In this document: positions 1 to 10,188 of the stretch, one piece after another | How the letters are laid out: the number at the start of each line of letters is the position of its first letter | Position numbering within the stretch: position 1 is the first letter of the stretch | DNA from: Verrucomicrobiales bacterium | GTDB lineage: Bacteria; Verrucomicrobiota; Verrucomicrobiia; Limisphaerales; JAFMIX01 | Assembly (NCBI GenBank): GCA_017853785.1 | Contig: JAFMIX010000001.1 | Coordinates: 1-61,612 of the forward strand | Direction of reading: 5' to 3' | DNA: 61,612 nucleotides | Position numbers and translations under genes: made by a program | Notes under the pieces: generated by a model | What the model saw: only the letters and a program-made list of their open reading frames with translations | Database searches by the model: none | Told to the model about the DNA's origin: nothing

Positions 1-1
1 C

Positions 2-205
2 AACAAAGCCCGGCTCGCGCAGACCAAACCCGACGCGCTCATCATGCACCCCGGCCCCATCAACCGCGGCGTGGAAATCGACAGCGAGATCGCCGACTCC
101 GCGCGCTCCGTGATTCTGGAGCAAGTGACCAACGGCCTCGCCGTGCGTATGGCCGTGCTCTTCCTTGTCAACGGCGGCCAAGGCCCGCAGGAAATCGCGG
201 TCTGA
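2..205 (+). CDS. pyrB: aspartate carbamoyltransferase catalytic subunit, 3' fragment (5' end outside window)
   Basis: Frame-2 translation ...[45 protein letters not shown]... matches the conserved ATCase C-terminal block (HPGP-x-NRG-x-EI, QV-NG-x-AVRMAVL). TGA at 203-205. Confidence 0.8.
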   Translation, partial: NKARLAQTKPDALIMHPGPINRGVEIDSEIADSARSVILEQVTNGLAVRMAVLFLVNGGQGPQEIAV

Positions 206-363
206 TTTTACAGCAGGAGGTGCGGGCCTCTGACGTCCTAAATGATTTCAAAGCCGCCAGCTGGGTTGCGCAAGGAGAATTCCGCTTGAATCGTGACTTG
301 GTCGCGCTTTCCGGCGATTGCAGGCTTGAAACTTGGAACCTGACCCGGGAAACTCCGTTCCGC

Positions 364-1155
364 ATGAACCGCATCGTTGAAAAATTTGCCGCGCTGAAAC
401 AGGCCGGCCGCAAGGGCCTGGTTGTCTACATCGGCGCGGGCGACCCGCATCTGGACGCGACGTTGCAACTGGCGCTGGCGTTCGACCGGGCCGGCGTGTC
501 CGTGCTGGAGCTCGGCGTGCCGTTCAGCGACCCATTGGCGGATGGGCTGGTGAACCAGCTCGCCGCGCAGCGCGGCTTGGAATCCGGCACGACGCCGCCG
601 AAGTTGCTGGCCACCGTGGCTGCGTTGCGCCAGAAGTCGCAGATTCCCGTGGTGCTCTACATCTATTTCAATCTCATCCACAAGATCGGGGTGGAAAAAT
701 TCATCCGCGATGCCGCCGCGGCGGGCGTGGATGGATTGCTCGTGCTCGATCTGCCGCCGGAGGAATCGGAGAACTATGAGGCGCTGATGCGGGCGGCGGG
801 GTTGTGCAACATCTACCTCATCGCGCCGACCACGCCCGAGGCGCGGATGGAACTGATCGCCAAGCGTGCGAGCGGGTTTATCTACTACGTCTCGCGCGAA
901 GGCGTGACCGGGATGCAGGCAAAAGTCGCGGACACCATCGCGGCGATGACGGCCAAGATTCGCGCGCATACGCCGCTGCCCATCGCCATCGGATTCGGCG
1001 TCTCTTCGCCGGAACAGGCGCGGCTTGTGGCGAGCCATGGCGAGGCCGTGGTGGTCGGCAGCGCCATCGTGAACCAGATCGCGGAACACGGCAAATCGTC
1101 GGACCTGGTGCCCCGGGTCGCCGGCTTCGTGAAGTCGCTGGCGACAGCGATCTAG
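364..1155 (+). CDS. trpA: tryptophan synthase alpha chain
   Basis: From ATG 364: MNRIVEKFAALKQAGRKGLVVYIGAGDPHLD...LELGVPFSDPLADG...YYVSREGVTG...IGFGVSSPEQA, typical TrpA motifs. The ORF track starts at 220, but the 48 upstream codons have no TrpA counterpart. Confidence 0.9.
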   Translation: MNRIVEKFAALKQAGRKGLVVYIGAGDPHLDATLQLALAFDRAGVSVLELGVPFSDPLADGLVNQLAAQRGLESGTTPPKLLATVAALRQKSQIPVVLYIYFNLIHKIGVEKFIRDAAAAGVDGLLVLDLPPEESENYEALMRAAGLCNIYLIAPTTPEARMELIAKRASGFIYYVSREGVTGMQAKVADTIAAMTAKIRAHTPLPIAIGFGVSSPEQARLVASHGEAVVVGSAIVNQIAEHGKSSDLVPRVAGFVKSLATAI

Positions 1156-1168
1156 CCTAATTGGATTT

Positions 1169-2647
1169 ATGAGGGCAAAGAAAGTCATCGTCATCGGCGC
1201 GGGCCTGGGCGGATTGTCCGCCGCCATCTCGCTGCGGCAATCCGGCTACGACGTCGAGATCTTCGAGAAGAACGACAAGATTGGCGGCAAGCTCAACGTG
1301 CTCAAGCAGCAGGGTTACACGTTCGACCTCGGGCCGTCCATCCTCACGTTGCCGCACATTTTTGAGCGGCTGTTCGAGCGCAGCGGGAAGAAGATGAGCG
1401 ATTATTTTTCCATCCGCCCGCTGCGGCCGCACTGGCGGAATTTCTTTGAGGACGGCGTGACGCTCGACCTGTATCCCGAGCCGGACAAGATGGCTGCCGA
1501 GGCGCGCAAGGTCGGCGAACCGCCGGAGAACATCGAGCGCTTCCTGAAATACTCCGCCGACCTCTACGACCTGACAAATGATGGTTACTTCGAGCAGGGC
1601 CTGGACAACTGGCAGGGCTTCGCCAAGCACTACGGGCTGTTCAAGTTTTTTCAGTTCGACCTGTTCCGCTCGATGCACCAAGGTGTGGCTTCGCATCTGC
1701 AAACGGAATATTTCCGCAACATTTTCGACTTCTTCATCAAATACGTCGGCTCCTCGGCCTATCGCGCGCCCGCGTTCATGAACTCGATGCCCACGATCCA
1801 GTTCCGCTACGACCTCTGGTATGTGGACGGCGGGCTTTACCACATCGCGCTCGGTTTGAAGCGGCTCATGGAGGAGTTGGGCATCAAGGTGAACCTCAAC
1901 GCCGAAGTCAGCGAAGTCCGGCGCGAAGGCGGCCGGGTAACGGGCCTTGTGGCCAAAGGAAAATTCCATGCCGCCGATATCATCGTGTCGAACATGGAAG
2001 TCATTCCCGCCTACGAGAAATTGCTCAACGAGGACCCGGCCTTCATCGCCTCACTGGAAACGAAACTTGAGCCCACCTGTTCGGGGCTCGTCATCGAACT
2101 TGCTTTGGATTGCCAATACCCGCAGCTCGCGCACCACAACTTCTTTTTCAGCGGCCATCAGCAGGAGCATTTCGCCAAAGTCTTTGAGCGTTACGAATTG
2201 CCCGACGACCCGACCATCTACCTAGTCGCCGCGTCCAAGACCGACCCAACCGTCGCGCCCGCCGGCTGCGATTGTCTCAAGATTCTCCCGCACATCCCGC
2301 ACATCCGCGACGACCAACCGCTCACGCGCGAGGACTATGCGAAGCTCAAGGAGCGCATCCTCGTGAAGCTGGAGCGGATGGGCCTACGCGATTTGCGGAA
2401 GCACGTCGTCTTCGAGCATTTCTGGACGCCGCTGGACATCCGCGCGCAATACAACTCCAATCGTGGCTCGATCTACGGCGTGGTGAGCGACCGCTGGAAA
2501 AATCTCGCGTTCAAAGCTCCCAAGCAAAGCACGCTCTACCCGAACCTGTTCTTCGTGGGCGGCTCGGTGAACCCTGGCGGCGGCATGCCGATGGTCGTGC
2601 TCTGCGGTCAGAACGTCGCCAAGAAAGTCGTCGCTTGGGACCGTTGA
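1169..2647 (+). CDS. phytoene/diapophytoene desaturase family FAD-dependent oxidoreductase (CrtI/CrtN-like)
   Basis: N-terminal dinucleotide-binding fold VIVIGAGLGGLSAAISL...EIFEKNDKIGGK...GYTFDLGPSILTLP, and C-terminal FFVGGSVNPGGGMPMV, typical of CrtI/CrtN desaturases. No crtB/crtM neighbour. Confidence 0.8.
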   Translation: MRAKKVIVIGAGLGGLSAAISLRQSGYDVEIFEKNDKIGGKLNVLKQQGYTFDLGPSILTLPHIFERLFERSGKKMSDYFSIRPLRPHWRNFFEDGVTLDLYPEPDKMAAEARKVGEPPENIERFLKYSADLYDLTNDGYFEQGLDNWQGFAKHYGLFKFFQFDLFRSMHQGVASHLQTEYFRNIFDFFIKYVGSSAYRAPAFMNSMPTIQFRYDLWYVDGGLYHIALGLKRLMEELGIKVNLNAEVSEVRREGGRVTGLVAKGKFHAADIIVSNMEVIPAYEKLLNEDPAFIASLETKLEPTCSGLVIELALDCQYPQLAHHNFFFSGHQQEHFAKVFERYELPDDPTIYLVAASKTDPTVAPAGCDCLKILPHIPHIRDDQPLTREDYAKLKERILVKLERMGLRDLRKHVVFEHFWTPLDIRAQYNSNRGSIYGVVSDRWKNLAFKAPKQSTLYPNLFFVGGSVNPGGGMPMVVLCGQNVAKKVVAWDR

Positions 2648-2653
2648 TCAATC

Positions 2654-3547
2654 TTACATCTTCCCGCGCGCCTGGCTGGTGATCAGCGCCACGGCGGGAT
2701 GGGCGATGCGCCGCTCGGCGGTGATGGCGTGGAACTGCACGCGGCATTTCTCGGCGCGGCCGACGGTTTGAAAGCCGTAGTGGCTCACGGCGTCATTGAC
2801 CGCCACGCTGGGCATGGCGATGAACCCGCGGCCCTCAGCGGCCATCACCTTCATCAGCGCCAGGTCTTCAAATTCCGCCACGATGCGCGGTTGGATCTTC
2901 TGCTCCCGAAACCAGGTTTCCAAAGCGCGGCGCAGGCTGGTGTTCTCCGTGGGCAGCAAGGCGGGGGCTCCGTGTAATGATTTGGGAAAATTGCGTTTTA
3001 GTTTCGCGGCTAGCTTTTTCTCGGCACAGAACGACGTGCCGGTTTCGCCGAGGGAGTGGTTGTAGGTCTTGAAGTTGGTGCTGCTGGAAGCCGGTTCATC
3101 GGCAAGGACGATGTCGAGCCGGTGGGCGGCGAGTTGGGCGAGCAGGTCCTCCATCTTGCCCTCGCGGCAGATGATGTGTGCGGTCTGCGGCATGGCGAAA
3201 ACGGGCTTGAGGATCTCATTGGTCACGAGCTTGGGGAAGGAATCCGCCACACCCACGTAAAGGCGCAATTCCTTCACGCCGGGGCGCTGCTTGACGGCGT
3301 TGAGCAGCTCCCGCCCCAGCGTGAAAATCTCCTCGGCGTAGCCGAACACGACCTGGCCGGCGTCGGTGAGTTTGTTGTTGCGGCCCTCGCGGCGAAAAAG
3401 TTTTTCCCCAAAGGCGGATTCCAGTTCGCGGATCTGCTCCGAGATGGAGGGTTGGGAGACGTGCAGCTTGGCGGCGGCGCGGGCGAGGCTGCCCTCCTTC
3501 GCCACCGTCCAGAAGTATCGCAAGTGATGATAATTGAGCCATTCCAT
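2654..3547 (-). CDS. LysR-family transcriptional regulator (NhaR-like)
   Basis: MEWLNYHHLRYFWTVAKEGSLARAAAKLHVSQPSISEQIRELESAFGEKLFRREGR: a wHTH of LysR type whose N-terminus resembles NhaR (NYNHLYYFW...). 297 aa. Confidence 0.85.
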   Translation of the reverse strand: MEWLNYHHLRYFWTVAKEGSLARAAAKLHVSQPSISEQIRELESAFGEKLFRREGRNNKLTDAGQVVFGYAEEIFTLGRELLNAVKQRPGVKELRLYVGVADSFPKLVTNEILKPVFAMPQTAHIICREGKMEDLLAQLAAHRLDIVLADEPASSSTNFKTYNHSLGETGTSFCAEKKLAAKLKRNFPKSLHGAPALLPTENTSLRRALETWFREQKIQPRIVAEFEDLALMKVMAAEGRGFIAMPSVAVNDAVSHYGFQTVGRAEKCRVQFHAITAERRIAHPAVALITSQARGKM

Positions 3548-3703
3548 GGGGGGCTCATCGTGCTTCGGATTAACCTAAGAGTCCATTCGGAAACGCGTAT
3601 TGGTTCAACGCAGACGGATCGGCTATTCTCCAACCGTCAAAGCTGCCAAAACCGGTTCAGGAGAACCAGTGGGGCGGCGGAACTGAAAAACGAAAAGCAT
3701 TTT

Positions 3704-4393
3704 ATGATCTGGATACTCTTTATCGGTACCATGGCGCTCTCGCTCTGGGCGATGTGGCGCGTGAAATCGGTCTATAACCGTTACAATCAGGGCGTTGTTC
3801 GCTCCGGCTTGACCGGCGGCGAAGTGGCCGCGCAAATCCTCCGGCGCACCGGCATTCGCGATGTGGAAATCACGGTGGGCGAGGGGATGCTCGGCGACCA
3901 CTATGACCCGATTCACAAGCGGCTGGTGCTGTCCCCGGACAATTATCACGGCCGCACTCCTGCCGCGCTCGGCGTGGCGGCGCATGAATGTGGTCACGCC
4001 ATGCAGCACGCAAGGGCTTACGGGCCGCTCCACTGGCGCATGGCGGCGGTGGGCATCACCACCTACGCGAACTACGTCGTCATGTTTCTGCCGCTGCTGG
4101 GGGTGTTCACCAATATCATCCAGCCGCTTACCGGCGCGCTCATCATGGCGGTGGCGTGGGGTGTGATCATGCTGTTCAACCTCGTCACGCTGCCAGTGGA
4201 GTTCGATGCCTCGCGCCGCGCCAAGGCGGTGCTGGCCGACTTTAACTTCATCGCGCCCGGCGACGAAGCGACGGGGGTGAAGCGTGTGCTTGATGCCGCC
4301 GCATGGACTTATGTGGCCGCCTTCATCACCTCGCTGGCGTATTTCCTCTGGCATCTGTTGCCGCTCCTGTCGGGCGGCCGCTCCCGCGAATAA
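3704..4393 (+). CDS. membrane zinc metallopeptidase, YugP-like (Zn_peptidase_2 family)
   Basis: From ATG 3704: MIWILFIGTMALSLWAMWRVKSVYNRYNQ..., HExxH motif in AAHECGHAMQH, and C-terminal TM helices. About 229 aa, as in YugP-type proteins. The upstream 216 codons of the tracked ORF run antisense to the LysR gene. Confidence 0.75.
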   Translation: MIWILFIGTMALSLWAMWRVKSVYNRYNQGVVRSGLTGGEVAAQILRRTGIRDVEITVGEGMLGDHYDPIHKRLVLSPDNYHGRTPAALGVAAHECGHAMQHARAYGPLHWRMAAVGITTYANYVVMFLPLLGVFTNIIQPLTGALIMAVAWGVIMLFNLVTLPVEFDASRRAKAVLADFNFIAPGDEATGVKRVLDAAAWTYVAAFITSLAYFLWHLLPLLSGGRSRE

Positions 4394-4422
4394 CCGTCAA
4401 CCGACCGTGAAACATTAACACT

Positions 4423-4761
4423 ATGGCCACGGCCATGAGACTGAACCTCCAACATCTCAACATTCGTTCCCTGGACAAACTGGATTCTTGGGTGGAAAAG
4501 CAGATCTTCGCTCTCGGCCAGGCGCGCCAGATCGACGAAGCCAACGTCCGCCTCGTGCGGTTGCAAAATGCCAGCCCTGCCTATCAGGTGAACGTCCACC
4601 TCGTCACGCCCGGTCCGGATGTCTTCGCCGAGAGCCGCGATCACACGCTGCGCGCCGCATTCGCCAAGGCCATGGCTCAACTGCGCGAACAGATTACCCA
4701 CCGCACCACAAAGCGGCTCCAACGCATCAGGAGCAACCTCAAAGCCCGCCGCGGCGGTTGA
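4423..4761 (+). CDS. HPF/RaiA-family ribosome-associated (hibernation) protein
   Basis: 112 aa. LNLQHLNIRSLDKLDSWVEKQIFALGQ...VNVHLVTPGPDVFAESRDHTLRAAFAKAMAQLREQI follows the beta-alpha-beta-beta-beta-alpha pattern and spacing of short HPF/RaiA proteins. Confidence 0.65.
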   Translation: MATAMRLNLQHLNIRSLDKLDSWVEKQIFALGQARQIDEANVRLVRLQNASPAYQVNVHLVTPGPDVFAESRDHTLRAAFAKAMAQLREQITHRTTKRLQRIRSNLKARRGG

Positions 4762-4897
4762 TGCGAACTAAAAACCATAATCCTCAGCAAACATGAAACC
4801 GCAATCCCCCATTCAATCCTTGGCCAATATGCCGGTCAACATGTTGTTGCTTGCCGCGGCGATGCCGGGGCGGGTGGTGGCGGGGCGGCCTCAATGA

Positions 4898-6145
4898 ATG
4901 AGTGCCCGCTGGGCCAGCCGATCCGCCAACCTCATGCACGAAACCTACAACAGCGACCGCCTCAAGCTCAGCGAGCCAAACCGCGCTTCTGCCGCCATTA
5001 ATCCCCGCCTTGGCATCGTCGGCGGCGGGCAGCTCGCCAAGATGACCGCCTTGGCCGGACTCCAGCTCGGCTGCGTTGTGGTGGTCCTCGAACGCAACCA
5101 CCACAGTCCGGCGGCCAATCTCGCCTCCCATTCCCTCGTCGGCGACTGGGATGAGCCGGAGGATTTGTTGCGGCTCGCCGGGCAGGCCGATGTCGTCACG
5201 CTGGAAAACGAGTTTGTGGATGCCGCCAGCCTCGGCGCGTTGGAAGCCGGCGGCCACGCGCTATTTCCCACGGCCCGCAGCATCGCCCTCGTGCAGGACA
5301 AGCTGGTGCAAAAACAAACGCTCGCCACCGCAGGCTTGCCCGTGCCCCGATTTTGCGCGGTGGAAAATCCCGAAGCCGTCGCCCGCGCTGCCCGCCAGTT
5401 TGGGCTGCCGTTGTTGCTCAAGGCGCGGCGTAATGCCTACGACGGCAAGGGCAATGTCACCTTGCGCTCCTTGGAAGACATCGCCGGGGCATGGCAGAAA
5501 CTCGGCGGCAACGCCGGCAACGAATTGTTCGCCGAAGCCTTCTGCCCTTTTGTGAAGGAACTCGCAGTCATTATCACGCGCGGTCGCGATGGCGCGACGG
5601 CCACCTATCCGCTCGTCGAGACGGTGCAACGCGATCATGTCTGCCACCTCGTCCTCGCGCCCGCGCCGGTGGATGAAAATGTTGCGCAACGAGCCTTGGA
5701 TCTTGCCCGCCGCGCCGCGACCGCCGTGGGCGCGGTTGGCAGCTACGGCGTGGAGATGTTCCTGACCGCGGGCGGCGAGATCTTCCTCAACGAACTTGCG
5801 CCGCGGGTGCATAACTCCGGGCATTACACCATCGAGGCGTGCGTGTGCTCCCAATTTGAGAACCACGTCCGGGCCGTGCTCGGCTGGCCGCTGGGCGAAA
5901 CCCGCATGGTCGCGCCCGCCGCCGTGATGGTGAACTTGCTGGGCGACCAAAAGGCGGTCGGACGACCGGTCGGGATCGAGCAGGCGTTGGCCGTTCCCGG
6001 CGCGCACGTCCATATCTACGGCAAGGCCATGAGCGGCGCAGGGCGCAAGATGGGGCACGTGACTGCGCTCGGCACCACGCTGGCCGAAGCCCAGGCCACC
6101 GCCCAACGGGCGGCGGCATGGATCCGTTTTGGAGAAAAAATATGA
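4898..6145 (+). CDS. purK: N5-carboxyaminoimidazole ribonucleotide synthase
   Basis: [17 protein letters not shown]..., ATP-grasp core ([28 protein letters not shown]), and C-terminal [20 protein letters not shown]. The start is uncertain (ATG 4898 or 4934). The stop overlaps the purE ATG. Confidence 0.9.
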   Translation: MSARWASRSANLMHETYNSDRLKLSEPNRASAAINPRLGIVGGGQLAKMTALAGLQLGCVVVVLERNHHSPAANLASHSLVGDWDEPEDLLRLAGQADVVTLENEFVDAASLGALEAGGHALFPTARSIALVQDKLVQKQTLATAGLPVPRFCAVENPEAVARAARQFGLPLLLKARRNAYDGKGNVTLRSLEDIAGAWQKLGGNAGNELFAEAFCPFVKELAVIITRGRDGATATYPLVETVQRDHVCHLVLAPAPVDENVAQRALDLARRAATAVGAVGSYGVEMFLTAGGEIFLNELAPRVHNSGHYTIEACVCSQFENHVRAVLGWPLGETRMVAPAAVMVNLLGDQKAVGRPVGIEQALAVPGAHVHIYGKAMSGAGRKMGHVTALGTTLAEAQATAQRAAAWIRFGEKI

Positions 6146-6672
6146 AATCCACCCGCAAGAAATCCGCGCCGCTCGTCGGCATCATCATGGGCAGCGACTC
6201 CGATTGGCCCACGCTCAAACCCGCCGCCGAGGCCTGCGCTGAGTTCGGCGTAGCCTGCGAAGTGCAAGTCGTTTCCGCTCACCGCACGCCGGACGACATG
6301 GCAACCTACGCCAAAACCGCGCACGAGCGCGGCCTGCGCGTCATTGTTGCGGGCGCGGGCGGCGCGGCGCATCTGCCCGGTATGGTGGCCAGCCACACGC
6401 CGCTGCCCGTCATCGGCGTGCCCGTCGAAAGCAAGTCGCTCAAAGGTCTGGATTCGCTGCTCTCCATCGTGCAGATGCCCGGCGGCGTGCCGGTGGCGAC
6501 CGTGGCCATCGGCGGCGGCCGCAATGCCGGATTGCTCGCCGTGCAGGTGCTGGCGGCCGGCGATGCCCGGCTGCGGGCGGAGGTGTTGAAGTTCAAGGGG
6601 CAGATTGCCGCCGATTCGCGCGCGAAAAACAAGCGGCTTGCCGCCGAGACCGCGAAGTTCGCCCAAGCCTGA
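6142..6672 (+). CDS. purE: N5-carboxyaminoimidazole ribonucleotide mutase
   Basis: From ATG 6142: [25 protein letters not shown]...[11 protein letters not shown]...[24 protein letters not shown], the canonical PurE. ATGA overlap with the purK stop (6142-6145). Confidence 0.95.
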   Translation: MKSTRKKSAPLVGIIMGSDSDWPTLKPAAEACAEFGVACEVQVVSAHRTPDDMATYAKTAHERGLRVIVAGAGGAAHLPGMVASHTPLPVIGVPVESKSLKGLDSLLSIVQMPGGVPVATVAIGGGRNAGLLAVQVLAAGDARLRAEVLKFKGQIAADSRAKNKRLAAETAKFAQA

Positions 6673-6674
6673 CG

Positions 6675-7655
6675 ATGGAAATCCTTGATGCCATCCAGGC
6701 CAACCTGCTTTCGCCCGCTGTGTTGTTCTTCGCGCTCGGCCTCATCGCCGCACTCACGAAGAGCGACCTGAAATTTCCCGAGCCGCTTTACCTCGGGCTG
6801 ACGATCTACCTGCTTATCGCCATCGGGTTCAAGGGCGGCGTGGCCATCGCCGAGGTGGGCCTCGGCAAGGTCTGGTTGCCCGCGCTGGCCGCGATGGTGT
6901 TGGGCGCGCTGATTCCGCTGTGGACGTATCCGGTGCTGCGGTTCGGCGGCAAACTTTCCGCCGTGGACGCCGCCGCCATCGCCGCGCATTACGGCTCGGT
7001 GAGTGCGGTGACGTTCATCGCCGCGACGAATTATCTCAAAGCCATCAACCAACCGTTCGAGAGTTACGCCACCGCCTTTCTCGCCGTGATGGAATCGCCC
7101 GCCATCCTCGTCGGCGTGGTGTTGGGCAAGCTGGCCACGAAGAAATCCGGCGAGGCCTCCGGTGCTTCGCTCAAGCAGGCCATGCACGAGGCGCTGTTTG
7201 GCCGGAGCATCTTCCTGCTCGTCGGCGCGCTCGTGGTCGGCGCGTTGTGCGGCGAGGCTGGCATGAAGAAAGTTGAACCGTTCTTCGTCACGCCATTCCA
7301 AGGCGTGCTTGCGCTGTTCCTGCTGGAAATGGGCATCGTCGCGGGCCGGCGGCTGGGCGATTTGAGAAAGGTCGGCCCGTTCCTGCTCGCGTTCGGCATC
7401 ATCTTGCCGCTGGTCAACGGCGCGCTCGGCGTTTGGTTCGGCAAACTCACCGGTCTCGAACTCGGCGGGGCGACGTTGCTGGGCGTGTTGTCCGCCAGCG
7501 CGTCCTACATCGCCGCGCCAGCGGCCATCCGGATGTCCTTGCCGGACGCGAACCCGACGCTTTACCTCACGTCCTCGCTCGCCATAACCTTTCCGTTCAA
7601 CATCACGCTGGGCATTCCCCTCTATCTGGAGATCGCCCGCAAACTCTATTCCTAG
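6675..7655 (+). CDS. sbtA: sodium-dependent bicarbonate transporter family permease (SbtA/DUF897-like)
   Basis: 326-aa polytopic membrane protein. [26 protein letters not shown]...GFKGGVAI...[12 protein letters not shown] resembles the cyanobacterial SbtA layout. Starts 2 nt after the purE stop and is followed by a PII-like gene. Confidence 0.75.
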   Translation: MEILDAIQANLLSPAVLFFALGLIAALTKSDLKFPEPLYLGLTIYLLIAIGFKGGVAIAEVGLGKVWLPALAAMVLGALIPLWTYPVLRFGGKLSAVDAAAIAAHYGSVSAVTFIAATNYLKAINQPFESYATAFLAVMESPAILVGVVLGKLATKKSGEASGASLKQAMHEALFGRSIFLLVGALVVGALCGEAGMKKVEPFFVTPFQGVLALFLLEMGIVAGRRLGDLRKVGPFLLAFGIILPLVNGALGVWFGKLTGLELGGATLLGVLSASASYIAAPAAIRMSLPDANPTLYLTSSLAITFPFNITLGIPLYLEIARKLYS

Positions 7656-7657
7656 CC

Positions 7658-7960
7658 ATGACCACGCACGCCATGAAACTCGTGACCATCGTCTGCGAAG
7701 CTTACGCGAAGGCGGTGGTCACCAAACTCCTGCGCGATATCGGCGCGCACGGCTACACCCTTTTCGCCGTCGAAGGCGACGGCTCGCGCGGTCGCCGCGA
7801 GGCGGATATTCCGGAATTCACCAATATCCAAGTCGAAGTCATCGTGCCGCCGGAAGTCGCAACCGCGCTGCTCACGCGGCTGGAGAAGGAATTTTTTCCG
7901 TGTTACGGGATGATCGCCTTTGAATCCGATGTGCGCGTGCTGCGCCCGAACAAGTTTTGA
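7658..7960 (+). CDS. sbtB: PII-like signalling protein (SbtB-like)
   Basis: 100 aa: [47 protein letters not shown]...[24 protein letters not shown]. This is a beta-alpha-beta PII fold pattern with a T-loop-like [11 protein letters not shown]. Starts 2 nt after the sbtA stop. Confidence 0.75.
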   Translation: MTTHAMKLVTIVCEAYAKAVVTKLLRDIGAHGYTLFAVEGDGSRGRREADIPEFTNIQVEVIVPPEVATALLTRLEKEFFPCYGMIAFESDVRVLRPNKF

Positions 7961-8068
7961 AACCCAGTCGGGGGAGCTTTTCGCCGCGCTTTCGGCGCAA
8001 CGAAGCCCGGCCGGCGACCACATTCTGGCTTGCTAGCAGCGCAGCAATCGGCGAACACTCGCGGTTGT

Positions 8069-9082
8069 ATGGCAAATAAAGCATTGATCACCGGCATCAC
8101 GGGACAGGACGGCTCTTATCTCGCGGAACTCCTGTTGTCCAAGGGTTATGAAGTCCATGGCATCATCCGCCGCGCCAGCACCTTCAACACGGGGCGGTTG
8201 GATGCGATTTATAACGACCCCCACTCCAAGCAGAGCCGGTTGTTTCTGCATTACGGCGATTTGAGTGATGCCAGCGCGCTGGCACGATTAATCGGGAAAA
8301 TCCAGCCGGAGGAGGTCTACAATCTCGCGGCGCAAAGCCACGTGCGCGTGAGTTTTGACAGCCCGGAATACACCACCGACATCACCGCCACCGGCACGGT
8401 GCGGCTCTTGGAGGCCATCCGTGAGACGGGCCTCAAGCCGCGGTTTTACCAGGCCTCGTCGAGCGAGATGTATGGGCTGGTGCGCGAGGTGCCGCAGACG
8501 GAAACGACGCCGTTTTACCCGCGCAGTCCCTACGGCTGCGCCAAGGTTTATTCGTATTGGATCACGGTCAACTACCGCGAGTCCTACGGCCTGCACGCGA
8601 GCAACGGCATCCTGTTCAACCATGAATCGCCCCGGCGCGGCGAGACGTTCGTGACCCGCAAAATCACCCGGGCCGTCGCCCAGATCCAGGCCGGCCTGCA
8701 GGACAAGCTCTATCTCGGCAACCTCGACGCCAAGCGCGACTGGGGCTACGCCAAGGAATACGTCGAGGCCATGTGGTTGATGGTGCAGCAGGACAAGCCG
8801 GATGACTACGTCATCGCCACCGGCGAGACTCATTCCGTGCGGGAATTTCTGGAGGTCGCTTTCTCCCACGTCGGGCTGGACTGGAAAAAGTATGTGGAAA
8901 TCGATCCCCGCTACCATCGCCCGGCGGAAGTGGATTTGCTCATCGGTGATTACTCCAAGGCCAAGCGCCAGCTTGGTTGGGAGCCGAAGACAAAATTTGT
9001 CGAGCTCGCGAAGTTGATGGTGGACGCCGACGTGCAACGCCTGCGCGACCATCTGGCTGGCAAGGGCCGCGTCGCCGGCTGA
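8069..9082 (+). CDS. gmd: GDP-mannose 4,6-dehydratase
   Basis: From ATG 8069: [45 protein letters not shown]..., [28 protein letters not shown]; the canonical Gmd. Confidence 0.95.
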   Translation: MANKALITGITGQDGSYLAELLLSKGYEVHGIIRRASTFNTGRLDAIYNDPHSKQSRLFLHYGDLSDASALARLIGKIQPEEVYNLAAQSHVRVSFDSPEYTTDITATGTVRLLEAIRETGLKPRFYQASSSEMYGLVREVPQTETTPFYPRSPYGCAKVYSYWITVNYRESYGLHASNGILFNHESPRRGETFVTRKITRAVAQIQAGLQDKLYLGNLDAKRDWGYAKEYVEAMWLMVQQDKPDDYVIATGETHSVREFLEVAFSHVGLDWKKYVEIDPRYHRPAEVDLLIGDYSKAKRQLGWEPKTKFVELAKLMVDADVQRLRDHLAGKGRVAG

Positions 9083-9095
9083 CGCGGCGGAACCA

Positions 9096-10040
9096 TCATT
9101 TTCCACCCGGCTGCCGCGCCAGAAAATCCGCGTAGACCCGTCGCAGGCCGGTTTCCAGATCCACCTGCGGCCGCCAGCCCAGCGCGAATAATCGCGAGCT
9201 ATCCATCAATTTCCGCGGCATTCCGTCGGGCTTGGAGGTGTCCCACACGATTTCTCCGGCGAAGCCGACGACGCGCCGGACTGTTTCGGCCAGCTCACGG
9301 ATGGAGAGTTCGCTGCCGCAGCCGACGTTGATGAACTGTTCCTCGCTGTAATGCCGCATCAGAAACACGCACGCCCGGCCGAGATCGTCGGCGTAAAGGA
9401 ATTCCCGCAGCGGCGCGCCGGAGCCCCAGCAGGTGACCGTCGCCGCCCCGGCCTGTTTCGCCTCGTGAAACTTGCGGATCAGGGCGGGCAGGACATGCGA
9501 GTTCTGGAGATCGTAGTTGTCGTTCGGGCCATACATGTTCGTCGGCATGGCGCTGATGAAATCGCAGCCGTATTGCCGGCGGTAGGCCTGGCAGAGCTTG
9601 ATGCCCGCAATCTTCGCGACCGCATACCACTCGTTCGTCGGTTCGAGCGGGCCGGTGAGCAGATATTCCTCCTTGAGCGGCATCGATGCGAGCCGGGGAT
9701 AAATGCAGGAGCTGCCGAGGAACAGCAGTTTGCGGACTCCGGCCTGATACGCACCATGGATGAGATTGCTCTGGATCTGCAAGTTCTCGTGGAGAAACGT
9801 CGCGGGATGATTGCTGTTCGCCAGAATACCGCCGACCTTGGCGGCGGCGATGAACACAAACTCCGGCCGCGTCGCCGCGTAGAAATTCCGCACCGCTGTG
9901 GCATCCAGCAAATCCACCTCCTGGCGGGTGCGCCCGATGAGGTTCGTGAACCCCTCCCGCTGGAGTTCGCGCCAGATGGCGCTCCCCACCAACCCGCGAT
10001 GGCCCGCGACGTAAATCCGGGAATCTTGATTTAATGACAT
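9096..10040 (-). CDS. fcl: GDP-L-fucose synthase (GDP-4-keto-6-deoxymannose epimerase/reductase)
   Basis: From ATG at 10040: MSLNQDSRIYVAGHRGLVGSAI...VFIAAAKVGGILAN...GSSCIYP...YAVAKIAG. Typical Fcl/WcaG, about 314 aa (an alternative ATG lies at 10049). Convergent with gmd. The longer tracked ORF (to 10568) runs antisense to sufD. Confidence 0.92.
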   Translation of the reverse strand: MSLNQDSRIYVAGHRGLVGSAIWRELQREGFTNLIGRTRQEVDLLDATAVRNFYAATRPEFVFIAAAKVGGILANSNHPATFLHENLQIQSNLIHGAYQAGVRKLLFLGSSCIYPRLASMPLKEEYLLTGPLEPTNEWYAVAKIAGIKLCQAYRRQYGCDFISAMPTNMYGPNDNYDLQNSHVLPALIRKFHEAKQAGAATVTCWGSGAPLREFLYADDLGRACVFLMRHYSEEQFINVGCGSELSIRELAETVRRVVGFAGEIVWDTSKPDGMPRKLMDSSRLFALGWRPQVDLETGLRRVYADFLARQPGGK

Positions 10041-10188
10041 GATGGTCATTCTAGCAGAATCCGGCCCGGGCTGCGACCCGAAATCGCCGCCCACCCCATC
10101 CCGCCACCACCAGACTTGCGTTGCCCCAGCTCTCATGGAAGAATACCCCCCGCTTTTCGCCTGCAAATCAGGCCGCGTAACATTTACC

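Noticed and set aside
3056-3703. N-terminal extensions proposed by the ORF track: 3056-3703 for the YugP-like gene, 10041-10568 for fcl, 38154-38669 for the alkA-like gene, 42369-42632 for the first oxidoreductase, 21320-21490 for the CoA-binding gene, and 220-363 for trpA.
   Set aside because: Each extension overlaps a neighbouring gene or lacks any counterpart in the protein family. Each internal ATG restores a family-typical N-terminus (signal peptide, Tat motif or conserved first strand).
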